Shown piece after piece: positions 1 to 13,083 of a DNA stretch of 64,000 bases. The translations under genes were made by a program, and so were the position numbers. The notes under the pieces are model-generated. The model made no database searches. It was not told the DNA's origin and saw only the letters and a program-made list of their open reading frames with translations. This stretch comes from Paraspadella gotoi (lineage: Eukaryota > Animalia > Chaetognatha): positions 10,500,703 through 10,564,702 of the forward strand of contig CM119263.1 in the NCBI GenBank assembly GCA_051294375.1. Reading direction: 5' to 3'. Within the stretch, counting starts at the first letter, position 1, and each line of letters starts with the position of its first letter.

Positions 1-332
1 AATTCTCTTTTCTTCAGTTCTACTTCGCTTCCTTTTTCCCTTTGATTTAAGGCAAAGATTTACGTTTATTAAAAATGTACTTGATCACATTTAGAACATG
101 AAAAATTTACATTCCCGAACAAGACTAAGTAACGACTCAATTAATCCTTTAATATTCGAGAGGTTTTAAAGGAATTAATTTTAATTTTTTTTGCCGTCTC
201 TGTCATCAGCCGTGTGTGATCTTTTCTGCTACATCTGCCTTTCTCTCTCTCTCCTTTCTTTACAATTGAGAAGAATCGAGATAGTTAATGTCAAGTTCAT
301 GAATATTCAAATTTCGCGCTCATAAATTTCGT

Positions 333-333
<1 letters not shown>

Positions 334-411
<78 letters not shown>
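334..411. repeat. (CT)n microsatellite, representative of many CT/GA tracts (e.g. 920-968, 5374-5550, 11346-11440, 15328-15516, 17223-17307, 24743-24872, 47535-47590)
   Basis: Dinucleotide tracts seen directly; they produce the spurious SLSLSL/ERERER ORFs in the track. Confidence 0.98.
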
Positions 412-414
<3 letters not shown>

Positions 415-916
415 CCCTTCTCCTCCACCGGATTCTCGCTCCATCTCTTATATTTTTCGCCGACAAGAACGAAGAATTTACTATTAAAGAATAACAAAAG
501 ATTATAAAGAAGAATAGATAATTTAAATAAAAAAGAGAAAGAAAAACAATAGAAAGAAAACTTTATTTTATAGCAATTATTAATTATGTTAATTATTTTT
601 ATGTCAAAGAAATAGCTACCCGCAATCTATAAATTGAAATCGCCTTTCTCTCAGCTTTTTCGTGTTCCCTTAAAAAAAAACGTTATCTGTCATAAAAAAT
701 ACAAATGTACAAATTCAAGCATTGTTATTTTCTGAAAGAGAAAACTTCTGTTCTTAAAGAAGTTATAGGGATATTGAAAAAATTAATAAATCAAAATATT
801 AAGAGATTTTAAAAATGGAACCTAAGCATTTTTTTCTATCCGTAGTTCCGTCTGCTTGAAGCATTTCTCTCTCCATCTTTTGTGTCTTAGTGTCACTTTT
901 TACTTTCGAATTCAAC

Positions 917-970
<54 letters not shown>

Positions 971-3265
971 CCTCTCACTCACTCTCGCTCTGACTAAAAA
1001 AGGAGCCTTCCCTCAATTGTTCCGCCTAATGGTTCTTGTAAACTGCTGCCGGCGTCGTTAAGGCATTGAAATAAAACTCTTTTCTCGAGTCGATGAAACG
1101 GTTGCTAAGGAAGTCGAAGAGTCATTGCTACGATTTCTAAGGAAGTTGGCGTCTCGTTGCTTGGTGGTGCGTTCCTCACAGTAAATGCCGCCAGATAAGT
1201 ATGATTTTTTGATTAGTCTATGATAATTTCTTTTAAGAATAAATTGAACTTACAGTAAAAAATGTTTATTATGAACTTCGTTTAATATGGGTAAAACCAA
1301 AAAAAAATGTGATTGCTCAGCAAGATATTGTTCTCGAAACATTACGTCCGCTTCAAGGCCCAACCCAGGATTATACTCTGATTCCATTACAATTATAGCT
1401 TTGATGGTCTTTTGCTGATGAAACAGAACATAATTTAAAAAAACAACAAAAAAAACAAATGGTGTACGAGAACGAAGCTCGGTCCCGAAAACCCGACCCA
1501 CCCAAAAAAAAGAACAAACTGTTGGTTGTTTACGAGTGAATTCGTTTTTCAAAATGGCGGCGTTAACAGGGGGAGCGGCGGGGTCGACCAAATCGACATC
1601 ATCAATGATATCGGTAGTGGTTTCGATTTCAACTTTTCTTTTATTCTTTTATTCTTTCATAATTACTAAATTGAAAGAGGTAAAGTATGTACTTTTCCGT
1701 CTAGTTTTTATATTTTACATATTTTCTATTTACATTGACTCTGGGTAAAGAATCGGAACCTATTTTTCTAGAATTTTTGAATTAGATATGGCGAGCGAGT
1801 GAGTCGCAGCCGCGGCCTTTGCTGCCACTGAAAAAGCTGCGCCTGGTAGATCCGCGGGTTTCTCCCTTTCGATCCGCGCAAGACGGCGGGACGGAGTTGA
1901 AAAGGTTTTACGTTAAAAGCGTCGGCGATGACGTCAGCAGTTTCTATTTGAATAGCGTCGCCTCCGCTACCACCGACTCTGCCGCCGACTCTGCCGCCGA
2001 CTCTGCCGCCGACTCTGCCGACGCCGCCGACGCAGACGTACGTAGTCGACGGAAACAATGAGATCGCATCCGCAATCGAACACCAGCTGCCACTGACGAT
2101 ATACTTATGTCATTAACAGAGGTCAAAATCAAGAGGACAATATTTTTATTGAACAATAGCACATTTAAATCAAGAAAATCAGAAAAATGATTAAAAAAAA
2201 GTAAAAAGCGAATATATAAGAAATAAGAAAGGGAAGTGAGAGAGAAAAACGTTTGTCGAATAATTTCTCTTCGAAGCAGTCGATTTTGAAAAGGAAAGGA
2301 GCATTAAGAAGAGATTAAGAAGCGAACGGATTCAGAATCGAATATTAAATTACATCCGGGATTTTGATGGGGAGGCTCGGGGGAGGGGTGGCAAGTTGCG
2401 AGGTGACAAGTGGAAGGGATGACAATGGATTTGTTTTTTATCCGCTTTTCCTCCGCTGAATAAATATGGTGGATGGGGAATTTTAAATTTTGGCCAAAAA
2501 AAAAAAATCGGATTTGGAAAGTTAAAAGAGCTCAAATATTTAAAAACTCTATAAAATCACTTAGGCAAATTGTATTACCAAACTTTTTACTAAAATCACT
2601 GTTATAGATGGTTTTATCCTGTTTGCTAAGCATAATCTTAAAAATATTTTATTTTATTTTTGAACTATTTCAAAACCGCTTTTCAAAATATCTTTTCTTT
2701 AAAAAGAATATTTCCATCCTTTTCTAATTAAGTAGACTTCTGTCTTCACTTCCAGTACTTTTTTCCATCCGGACTCTTTCTTTCTCTTTTCACTTTTTAT
2801 TTCTCTTTCATCTCTTTCTTTCTTTTTTTCCTTTTGAATTTCCATCTCCAACTCAACGAAGGAAATAATGGGACTCAAGGAGATAACTGGAATAACTTTT
2901 CTTTCTTTCGATGTATAACTCCCTGGATTCTCGGAGAGAGAGAGAGAGAGAGAGAGACTATGTGATGCCCCTATTTTCTTTGAACCATTAATTTTTAATA
3001 TTTTAATCAATTATCTTTATTACTATTATTATCATTATAATTTTCATATTCTCTATAATCATCATCTCACTCATAGTTGTCTTTATCATAATCGTCGACC
3101 ATAAGTTTCTGCCCTTCATGTTAACTCTCTTTCCTTTTCTCGATCTTTCATCTTTACTTTGTTTTTTCCTTCTTTTTCATCCTTATTTTCTCATTCCTTC
3201 CTTTACATAACTTTTTCCCCTTTTCCCAAAATTTTATGCCATTTCTTAATTATCTTTTCTCCCCC

Positions 3266-3351
<86 letters not shown>

Positions 3352-4713
3352 AGCCGTGCTCATTCCTTCTTTTCGTTTTTCTTAATTATTCTCATCCCCG
3401 TTCGTTTTCCCTCGTATCCCTTCTCCCCCTTCTTTCTCACCTGAAATCCATTCCTCGGTTCATTAACTTACTTTTCCTCACCTTTTTTATTTCGTATTCG
3501 ATTCCGATTTCGCGTCTCTCGGTTTTATTTTTTTGGTCTGCATAAAATTCGAGTCTCTCCATCTGAAAAAAAAAATTCTTTTCTTTTCTTAAAAAAGCCA
3601 TAACATTATTCTTTTTTTTTTAAGAAAAAAAATAATGTTTAAAAAAAAAAATTTCCGAGGTTTTTTTTCTGATTTTTTTTTTACGTCTAAATAAAAAAAA
3701 AGGTTTTTTTTAAAGAAATTCTTTATTCTCTATTTTCTGTCTCCCTCATCTTCGTTTCTTTTTCCCCTTAGACTACATATATATCTGTATTCTTTTCTTC
3801 CTCTCCGGTTTTATTTTCTCTTTTCAACCTCTATCCTCTTTCACCTTTCCTTCCTTTTCTCTTTCCTTTCCTCCCCCCCGCTATTCGTCCAAACTCTTTC
3901 CAATTCCTCAGTCATTTCCTTCCTCCAACATCCGGATCCAACATCCGGGTCACCTCCTCATCCTTCCTTATTTCCCTTCTCCTTTCTTTTACGCGTTTCA
4001 ATTACCGTGACGATCGTAAAACAACCTTTGCTGTCCCGGATACAACGTTGGAACGACCCCCACCTCGACCGAAGAAGCTGTAACGGAGTCGTCGCTGGAG
4101 AAGCGCGGGTCCCTCTGTAATGGCGGAGGTTGCAATTTAATTTGAAAAGAAAATTAGAATACTACTTTTTATTGCGTCGAAGTAGTTACTTTAATAATAT
4201 TTTTTTAGCAAAACTATATGGAAACGCATAGTAACTATTAGTTGAGTGCTGTAAAAGTAACGGTTTGGCCTAAAAGTTTCTTCACGTTAATCGCATTTAA
4301 AATACTTAAATACTTAAATACAACCTTTTAATTAGATCGTAATAGATCAATGCTACGGTTGCTACGCCGTTCTCCCATTCATTCTCACATTTTTTTTTCT
4401 CCCCTCAATTATACCGGTTTTCGTGACGACCAGTTCCACGACCGCTTTCGCCTTTTATGCCACCTCCTCTCACCGTCTCTCCATCTCTCCCTTTCTTCAT
4501 TCCTCCCACTTCCTCCTCCCAGACCAATTTCCATCTCCTCCCTTCGGCCCTCGTCGCCAATTTCAGAGGATTTCCGAGAATCACGGGGTGGAAAAAGAAA
4601 AATAAAGATGATGATCTCCATAAAATAAATGAAACTCAATCTGGAGGAATAACAGGAGGAAAGAGGAAGTAAGGGGGGAGTGAGAGGGAAATGGGAAGGG
4701 AGGAAGAGTGAAT

Positions 4714-4901
4714 GAAGGTGTGAGGAAAGGCTGAAGGAAAGAGAAAGGGAGAGAGAGGGGAATAGGGGAAGGGAGGAAAATGGAATGTTAAAGTGGGGAA
4801 GGTGTGAGGAAAGGATGAAGGAAAGAGAAAGGGAGAGAGAGGGGAAAAGAGGAAGGGAGGAAAAGGGAATGATAAAGTGGGGAAGGTGTGAGGAAAGGAT
4901 G
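4714..4901. repeat. Purine-rich tandem repeat, ~84 bp period
   Basis: gaaggtgtgaggaaagg(c/a)tg recurs at 4714, 4798 and 4882. Confidence 0.85.
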
Positions 4902-5370
4902 CAGAAGAGATTAGGTTTTTCTGTAGATTATAAAGCAAAATGTTGGAACGAGCCGCGGATGAGTACGTAGGCGTTCGGCAAATATGGGTTTAGAGAGAAA
5001 AGGGAATCGGAATTTTCTTTGGGTAAGGCACCAAACAGAGGTAAGTCTGAATTGGGTAAGAAAAAAAAGGGCTGCCTCAAACTCATGAAAGAGCAGATTT
5101 TTTTAAAATAAAGATTAAGGTTTGGCGGATAAATCAATTCAAGATCGGATGAGAATTGAAAACGGAAATTTGAAGTAAGATTAAAGTAAATTAAAAGTTT
5201 TATCTTGGAATTAAGTGGCACGATAATGAAAAGATTTAGTTTGTTATTTTCAAATACTCAAAAAAGTACAAGAAATAAATAAAGAAAGAATAAACATGCA
5301 ACTGCTTTTTCATGGATCTTTCATTTTGTTATCACTAAATTCAAACAACCATTTCCTCCATTGCACTCTT

Positions 5371-5523
<153 letters not shown>

Positions 5524-5941
5524 CTCTCCTCTCTCTCCCTCATCTCTCTCTTTCTCTCTTCCCCACATTTCTTCTTACTATTTTCTTTCTCTTATCTTTC
5601 TTATTTCTTTCTCTCTCTCTCACCCTGCTTCTAGCAAAAAATGAAAGTGCAAACTTCGTTATATGGTCGACAAATTTACAAAAACACATCTACGACGACG
5701 ACTCGTACTTTTCTCAAAAATAGTCACGTACAATGGTTGAAAAACTAAAACTAAAAAGGTAGGTTGAGAGAGACTTAAAAATAAAAAGAGGTAAGGCAGG
5801 GACAGAGAGTAACGAGTGACGTAGAATTTTATCGACGCGAAAACCGAGAAGCAATAAAAGAAAGGGGGGAAAGAAAAAGAAAGAAGGAAAAAAAAAGGAA
5901 AAGAAAAAAGTGCAGATAAAAAAGAAGGAAAAAGGAGAAAT

Positions 5942-6278
5942 AAACAAGAACGGTAATTCAAATGTGTTGCGCCGAAATGACTCTGACGTGTATTTTTCGT
6001 GACATGATATGATATAACATGATGTGACATAACATGACTACATGACTACAATAACTTTCTTAGCCTGTGTATTTATGACATGCACTGCATCAAAATTCTG
6101 TCTTTTATTCCTTTTAGTTTTAGGATTTCCTAAAGGCGGCGCTTGCAGTCCCTTAGATTTTAGACTGACGGACAGACCTATCGACCAACCGACAGACCGA
6201 CCGACTAACGGACCGACAAACCGAACGAAAAATGATTTATAAAGTTGCTCCGCGAGTACTCGCGGCGCAACTAAAAAA
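5942..6278 (-). mobile_element. Non-autonomous Helentron-associated (HINE/DINE-1-like) element, copy 1
   Basis: Homologous end to end with 53699-54150; subterminal inverted motif gttgcgc/gcgcaac, perfect palindrome ccgcgagtactcgcgg (6250-6265), (GACC/GACA)n microsatellite, ends in A/T runs, no TSD. Family assignment is from architecture. Confidence 0.75.
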
Positions 6279-7781
6279 CAGGTACGAAAGTATCTCGGGG
6301 TATCGTTTCCAACGTAATAGCTCCGATCATTACACAGCAGAGCCGACCATTACAGTGCAGTACCGACCATTTAACTGCAACGCCAACTATTAATACTTGA
6401 TATCGATTTATACAGTCGAATGAAAGAGCAGTCGACGTTGTGTGGACTGTTTCTTTACAGAGTCGTTTATAAGGGATAACGTAACATGGAAGTTAGGTTA
6501 ATAATATTAAAAACCTCAGAGGCTCTGGCAAGCTGGAGCTATGACATAATAAGTTAATTAATTATAATACAGTTACAGTAGCAACGTATTGACAAAAAGG
6601 AGATAAAAAGTGACGTTAATCATAGCGACAGGAAACGGCTAAAGTGAACCGGGGACGAAGGAACGAAATCGCCGCGGAGAGAGGCCATCGTCGTCACGAG
6701 TCTCAGGGACGAGAGAAAAACGAGAAATAGTCTATATTCGGTAACAGGATTCGCGGCAATAGCCTGGCCACGAGCGAGATAATAAATGGAAACTAAAAAA
6801 GAGAGAGGATTTCCTTCTCAAGAATTAGGGTTTTACTTTTTTCTTTCCTTCCTTTCAATTTAATTTAAACATTTTTTTCCTTCACCCGGTTTTAAAATAT
6901 GAATAATAGTTTTTTTTCTCTCTTTTTTTTACTTTAATTTTTTTAGTTTCAGATTCCATTTTTTCTACCTGGACATCTTCCTTGTTTCCTCTTTCTTTCT
7001 TTAATGCTTTATTTTTTTCTCTCTTTTATTTTTCTTTTCCTTCCTTCTTTCCTTCAGTCACCACTTTTATCTTACCTTATTCTTTAAATAAATTTCTTCT
7101 ACTTTTTTCCTCCATCGCCCCCCTCCCCTGGCCTCATTCCCAAATCGTTTAAAAAAACCGTCATCGGAGTTCGTCATCTCTAGTGCGTGCACGTGTCTGC
7201 GCGCATTGACAACGTGCTCTTACTTCTCCGCGCCTGATGACAATGCACTAGCACTTATAATTGATCCTTGGCTGTAACTAGTGGGGAGGCAGCGTGCGTG
7301 CTTATTTTCTTTACGCTTTAGTGAAAGTAAAAACAATAAAACTCCATGGACAAAAACTATTTATTCAAAAGTCCATAATCGAGACAAAAGACAAAGAGTT
7401 TTTTGAAAACTTTTTTTCTTTTCTTTTCTTTTCTTTATTTTTCTTTTCTTTTTTCTTTTCTTTCTTTTCTTTTCTTTCTTTTCTTTTCTTTCTTTTCTTT
7501 CTTTTTTTTCTTTTCCCCACATTTTTTCTTTTTCGATTCTTTTTCTTTCGAAACCTAAATTATGCTAAAATGGATTTTCGCGGGAAGGAAATTTGCATCT
7601 CGACTGAGAGAACTGTGTCAATCTGATTTTCTTTTCGTAACGTAGCAAGCCGTGTCAACTCAGCGCATAAAACCGTTTCAACCGTCCAAAACCGTGTAAA
7701 CCCACCTTCCCCCTAAATGTGTGGGCTAAATTCGAAAAGAATCGAAAAATAATCGGAATTCCTGATTCGAAAGAGTTTGAT

Positions 7782-8120
7782 AGGGTTGGCCTGGGTTGGC
7801 CCTGGGTTGGCAATGGGTTGGTATATGGTTGGCATGGGTTGCAATGGTTTGCATGGGTTGGCCCATAGGTTGGCAATAGGTTGGCCATGGTTGGCTAATG
7901 GGTTGGCAATGGGTTGGGCAATGGTTGGCAATAGGTTTCCATGGGTTGGCATGGGTTGGCAATGGTTTGGCCATGGGTTGGCAATAGGTTGTCCACGGGT
8001 TGGCATGGGTTGGCAATTAGGTTTGGCCATGGGTTGGCAATGGGTTGGCAATGGGTTGGCTAATAGGTTGGCGCATGGGTTGGCAAGATGGGTTGGCATG
8101 GGTTGGCAATGGGTTGGCAA
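7782..8120 (+). repeat. G-rich minisatellite, ~11-12 bp unit (ATGGGTTGGCA)
   Basis: Tandem gggttggcaat/gggttggccat units; shorter mirror copy at ~20733-20896. Confidence 0.92.
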
Positions 8121-11100
8121 TTCGTTGGCGGGGCCGCGAAAAAGCGTTTGGCTGAAGGGGAATAAGGGATGGTGGAGTTGGTGACCGGGAAAGAGGGAAT
8201 TCCGTAAAAATGAGTGGAGGAGAAAGTGAGAGAAAGTTTTTTCTAAGAGAAGTTAAGAATTCGAATGAAGGTTTGAGGCTTTTTGATGTAAAGCTGAAGC
8301 GGGAAAACCGGCGAAAGCAATTTCGCTAGGGAAGACTTACCTAAAAACTCTACCCTATAAAAGGCATTGAAGAAAAAAAGAACAAGAGTTTTAACGGCGA
8401 CGATAAGCGCGAGTTTTGGAGTGCCTCCTTCTTTTCTTTTCTTTTCTTTTCTTTTCTTTTTCTTTTTCTTCGCTTGTTCTTTTTCTTTCACAAACTCTTT
8501 TCTTTTGTCCTTACCATGTATCAATTTCTTTTTTTTATTTCTCTTCTTTGTTATTTCATTGTTTTTGTTTTTCTTATCATCATTTTTTTTTCCTAATTTT
8601 ATAAATTTTTTAAAAACCCTTCTGTATGAATTTCTTTCTTTCCTTTTTTTAAAAAAAATGAACTGCTCTGTGTCTCCCGTCCACTTTAATTTTTCAAGAT
8701 TTTCCCTCTAAGGATATTCTTTTATCCTTTTTCCTTTATTTCGCTGATCTCGTTCCACTTCGGTCTTTTTTCCTTCTTCCATTTATTTTTCCTTTTTATC
8801 TTTTCCCTTCCTTTGTTCTTTTCTTTCTTCCCGCCGTCTGAACGCCTTTATAAAACCCATAAAACACAATTTATGCTCCCCCGGGCTGAGTCCCCGGAGT
8901 CTCGTCGGAAAATGTATCGGATTCGATTCATTTAAATTGAAATTCTGGTGCATTATGCCCGGTGCCATTAGGCCGCTTCTTGCCATTAGCCCGGTTAGAT
9001 GTAGCGGACGAAACTTTCTCAAGTTGTTTTCTTCGTCGTTGTCGTCGTAGTTTGTTGTTGTTGTTGTCGAAGTCGTAATATGCTTGTTTCCCGTCGTCCT
9101 CTTTTTCCTCACCCTTTTCGTCGCTGTCATCCAGAACTAAACCGTGATTATTATTATCCCGAAGTCCGCTTCGAAATTGCGCAAATATGTCATCGTCTTT
9201 TTCGTCCGTCGTCGTCGTCATCAATCGTGCCGTTCGTTGACGGTCATCGTCTGCCCTCCAAAGAAAGTCTTACTAATCAAGAAATTCAAAAAAACTCATC
9301 TCGCGTCGCCTTAACTCTTTGCCTAATTGCCCATTTGGTTAGAAATTAGAGAAAAGACGTTGGAGGAAAATAAAGAAAGGACGGGTCGGTGTCTCTCTTC
9401 TCTCCGGCTCTCTCTCTCTCTCTCTCTCTCATCTTTCCCAGTAGAGCTCTCATTGAAAGACGTACTCTCTCTTTTTTGATTTCTCTCACTCCGCTACTAG
9501 TTCTATTGCTCTTCTCTCTCACTCTCAAACTTTTCAGCGGAACTTTTTCCCCGTTGGTTTTTAGTTGCAGCCCAGTTTTCTTGGCAAATTTATTTTTAAT
9601 TTTGGAGAAGGATTCTTGTTGACGTTTGAGTTAATAGATTCCTGTCTACATAACATGGAATTATATAACTCGAACTGTCATCATGGTCTTTCTGCGTGGT
9701 CCGTAATAAATAACCTACAACGTTTATCGCCGTTGGAAAGAAAAAAATTAAAGAAAAAATGTTTAACCACAATAAAGTAGAAGCAATTAGCAAGGAAACT
9801 AAAGGGATCGTTTTCCAGTGCGTCATAAACATTTCAGCAATGGCTCAACTATAAGTTAAGCCCACACTTTGCAATAAGTGGTAATAATCTCTAAGGTATT
9901 GATATCTTAATATTTTTCGTTAGCTCTTGCAATTGGAAGTCATTTGACTTGTGACGCATCGGCAGCCATCCGCGCACTGGGCCGACATTGTTGGCGTCTC
10001 GGCTCACTGTGGCCGGATTTTTCTCTTCTCCTTTTGCTAACTCAACGAAAAATCCTGTTATTGTCTCCTCAATAAAAGATTGCCATAAAGAAATTCTCAC
10101 TCGTCCTATTTATTTTTATTTATTTTCGACGAAGATTCTTTGAGGAAAATGAGGATGAAGAAAGATGATGACATTGAAGGATGACAGATGAAATAAAGGA
10201 TGACATTGAAAAGATTATGACGGATGACAAAAAATATAATTTACCTACAAATCGTACAAAAGAAGAGGATGGTCAAAACGCTTTCATAAGATATAAATAA
10301 AATTTAAAAAATCGATCTTCAATTAACGCAACGAAAAACGGTGTCGCATGAACAAGGCAGCAAGGGGGAAAAGCATTCGCGCACGTCGCAGAAACTGCCA
10401 TACACGTCGCAAATGTTTTGGCGCGAATGCGCAAGCCTCACAACGAGCAGACAGGCGGTGAATGTAAGTATGGACGGGCAGGGGTTGACTCGAGTTTCGT
10501 CCCTCGACTTGATTTATGACATTCCGTATTTGGCGATATTGTTTTTCGAGACATGGGGGGCGGGCGGGGGGGGCAGAAGCGTGACGCGAAGAATCGTTAG
10601 TTTCTTCGCTTCCCATCTTATCCCCCGCGTCGATCTTTGCTGGTATAAGGATTTAACGGGTCCAAAGGGGTGCAAGAAGTGAAATTGATCGGTAGATGGA
10701 AGCTACTAGGTTCACCAGAGTGAAGAGTACTGGTGAGTCTCAAAGAGCGAAGCTTTTGCAAAAGTGCATTTTTGATTTTTTTTCCACTAAGAATTTGTTA
10801 AAAATCTTGTCGCTGCATAATTTGTAGTATTCCAGAGGTCTTTTATTTTGGTCACACTCTTCCCCGCACGTTTTTGGTTGTTTTTTACGCAGTCACTTCA
10901 TTTTTTAAAACTTTGGCCAGACTTTAACCACTTGGAAAAACTCTGATTATCAAAGACTCCAAGGTCTACTACTACATAGTGCCACAGAACTGCGAAGCCA
11001 AATCCTAGGACAAGTTCCGCCACGCAACAAAGATGCTACGAATAAAAAAAAAATTATCTTCGAAACCAATCTTGTCGACGTAATTAAGTGACGAAATAAT

Positions 11101-11345
11101 CCGCAGGCTGATGGGCGAGAAAAATGCGAGAACAGAGAGGGAGAAGGGTTGGAGAAAATGGAGAGGGGGAGCGCCTTCCCCCAAGAAAGAGTGAGAGTGA
11201 TTTGGGCGTGGGGCGAAGGAGTGCCGAGGCGGTAAGAGGGGTTATCTTACAAATGATCCCCATTTCGAATCGGCGAACGCCATATTCCTCCGCGGGCTTC
11301 ACGGAGGCCTTTGGGCGCCCGTCATTGTGATTGTTACAAGTTTAT

Positions 11346-11395
<50 letters not shown>

Positions 11396-11696
11396 CTCTC
11401 CTCTCTCTCTCTCTCCTCTCTCTCTTCTCTCTCTCTCCTCACACTCTCTCGCTCTTCTTTGGTGATAAAGCGACTATGATTATGACGAACGGCTCAGCTG
11501 ATGCATGAATGAAGGGGATCGAGGCGGAAGTGGCGCCGACCGAAAGTGACGTCGCGTAGCGGATTTGCGGCGCAGAGTCGTGCGACGCGCACCTATAGAC
11601 GCGCCGCGGAAGATACGCGCGTCGCGCGACCCTGGAGGCGTTAAGGCTGAATTAGGCCGCGCGCGGCGTTAATGGATGTTTATGGGGCTGAGAGAG

Positions 11697-11771
<75 letters not shown>

Positions 11772-12579
11772 AACCCCTTTTGGGCAACATCGTTGAGCCA
11801 TTGGTCGACTGAACAGTTGCAGATAGACTAGAAAGGGCTTTTTCTTTTGTGATGTCTTTGCTTATCGCTGTGAAAATTAAATTATAGGAATGTGGACCCA
11901 ACGTGCTGAAGAAGTTGATTTGGGAATTTCATTATGACTTTTAATACTGTACGTTGTTTTTATGCTCTTTCATCTCGCAAAAATTTCGTGTCAATTTTCA
12001 CACTCCAGTCATGTGACCATTTTCAGCATTTAACATAACAAATACAAGTATATGACGAAATTATTTAAACAAGTTTGCCTCATTGAATATTGAGTCAGTA
12101 CACGTTCATCGTCGAAACACACGATTAAAAAAAACAACAAAAACAAAATTCGAAGTTTAGGGTGAAAACAAGGAAACAACAACGACGACGACGACGACGA
12201 CGACATCCAACACGCCTCGCCGCCTTTAATGCTCCGAGGATGAAGTCCGCACCAGCGCGAAATTTCATTAACGGAGTCCGAAATTCTGACGCCCGAAACT
12301 GGGAGAGACGGTTCTTTATCCATTCGGACAAAAGATCCCAAAAGATGAGCGGGAAAAGAATATGACAAACATAAACACAAAACAAACAAAAAACACGAGA
12401 ATAAAAGATGGAAATGAAGAGATTATAGAAATGGTAAAAAATCTGTGACATGGGCTAGAAGAAGGGGTAACAAAAGTAAGCGAAGACCATCCAAGTCGAG
12501 TTAAAAAGAGAAAATACTTCGACAAAACTACTCAATCGATCCCATTTAGACCCAAAAAAAAGAGAGTGAAGAGAGCAAG

Positions 12580-12650
<71 letters not shown>

Positions 12651-13083
12651 ATACACATTACAAATAGGAGAGCCTAAGAGAGAGACAGAGAGCGAACTGA
12701 GAAAAGAGAAGAGATTTTTTGTTCGACGGAACGCTCGAGGGAAGAAAATGTAATGGACGTTTGAAAGTAAGACAAAGTGTCGGCCCGCGGCGGTCCCTGG
12801 CTGTCCGTGGGGCCGGGGTCGGCCTGTCGGTCGCCTGGCGATTCGGCCTGTCGGGTCGGCCACGCGATCGGCCAGCGATGTAAATGGTTCCACTGCTTTA
12901 CATCTTCCGCCGCGAGGATGAAGATTGGATTCCGGTGTCGGGGTCGGAGAGATTCCGGTGTGGAGGAAGAGATAAGGAGCAGATGGGAGAGGAAGAGAAG
13001 GAAGGGGAGAAGCAGATGGGATAGCGAACGAAGATGAGAAGAGAGGGAGACAGATGAGCGCAGGCCGAAATAAGGTTGTAGAT

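Noticed and set aside
1842-1862. cctggtagatccg resembling miR-10/miR-100
   Set aside because: Seed and 3' half do not match and no precursor hairpin is evident.
6321-6392. ~20-bp repeats (ccgaccatta) as a CRISPR-like array
   Set aside because: Short degenerate tandem repeat with no unique spacers and no cas genes, in eukaryotic DNA.
8928-9224. Acidic ORF MMTTTTDEKDDD... and its mirror at 19657-19944
   Set aside because: Built from (GAC)/(AAC) repeats, frames differ between arms, no homology or splice chain. Indel noise means an exon cannot be fully excluded.
12777-12910. ADRQAERQ repeat ORF and 8-bp hairpin gatgtaaa/tttacatc
   Set aside because: 12-bp tandem repeat; frame and hairpin are not preserved in the mirror arm.
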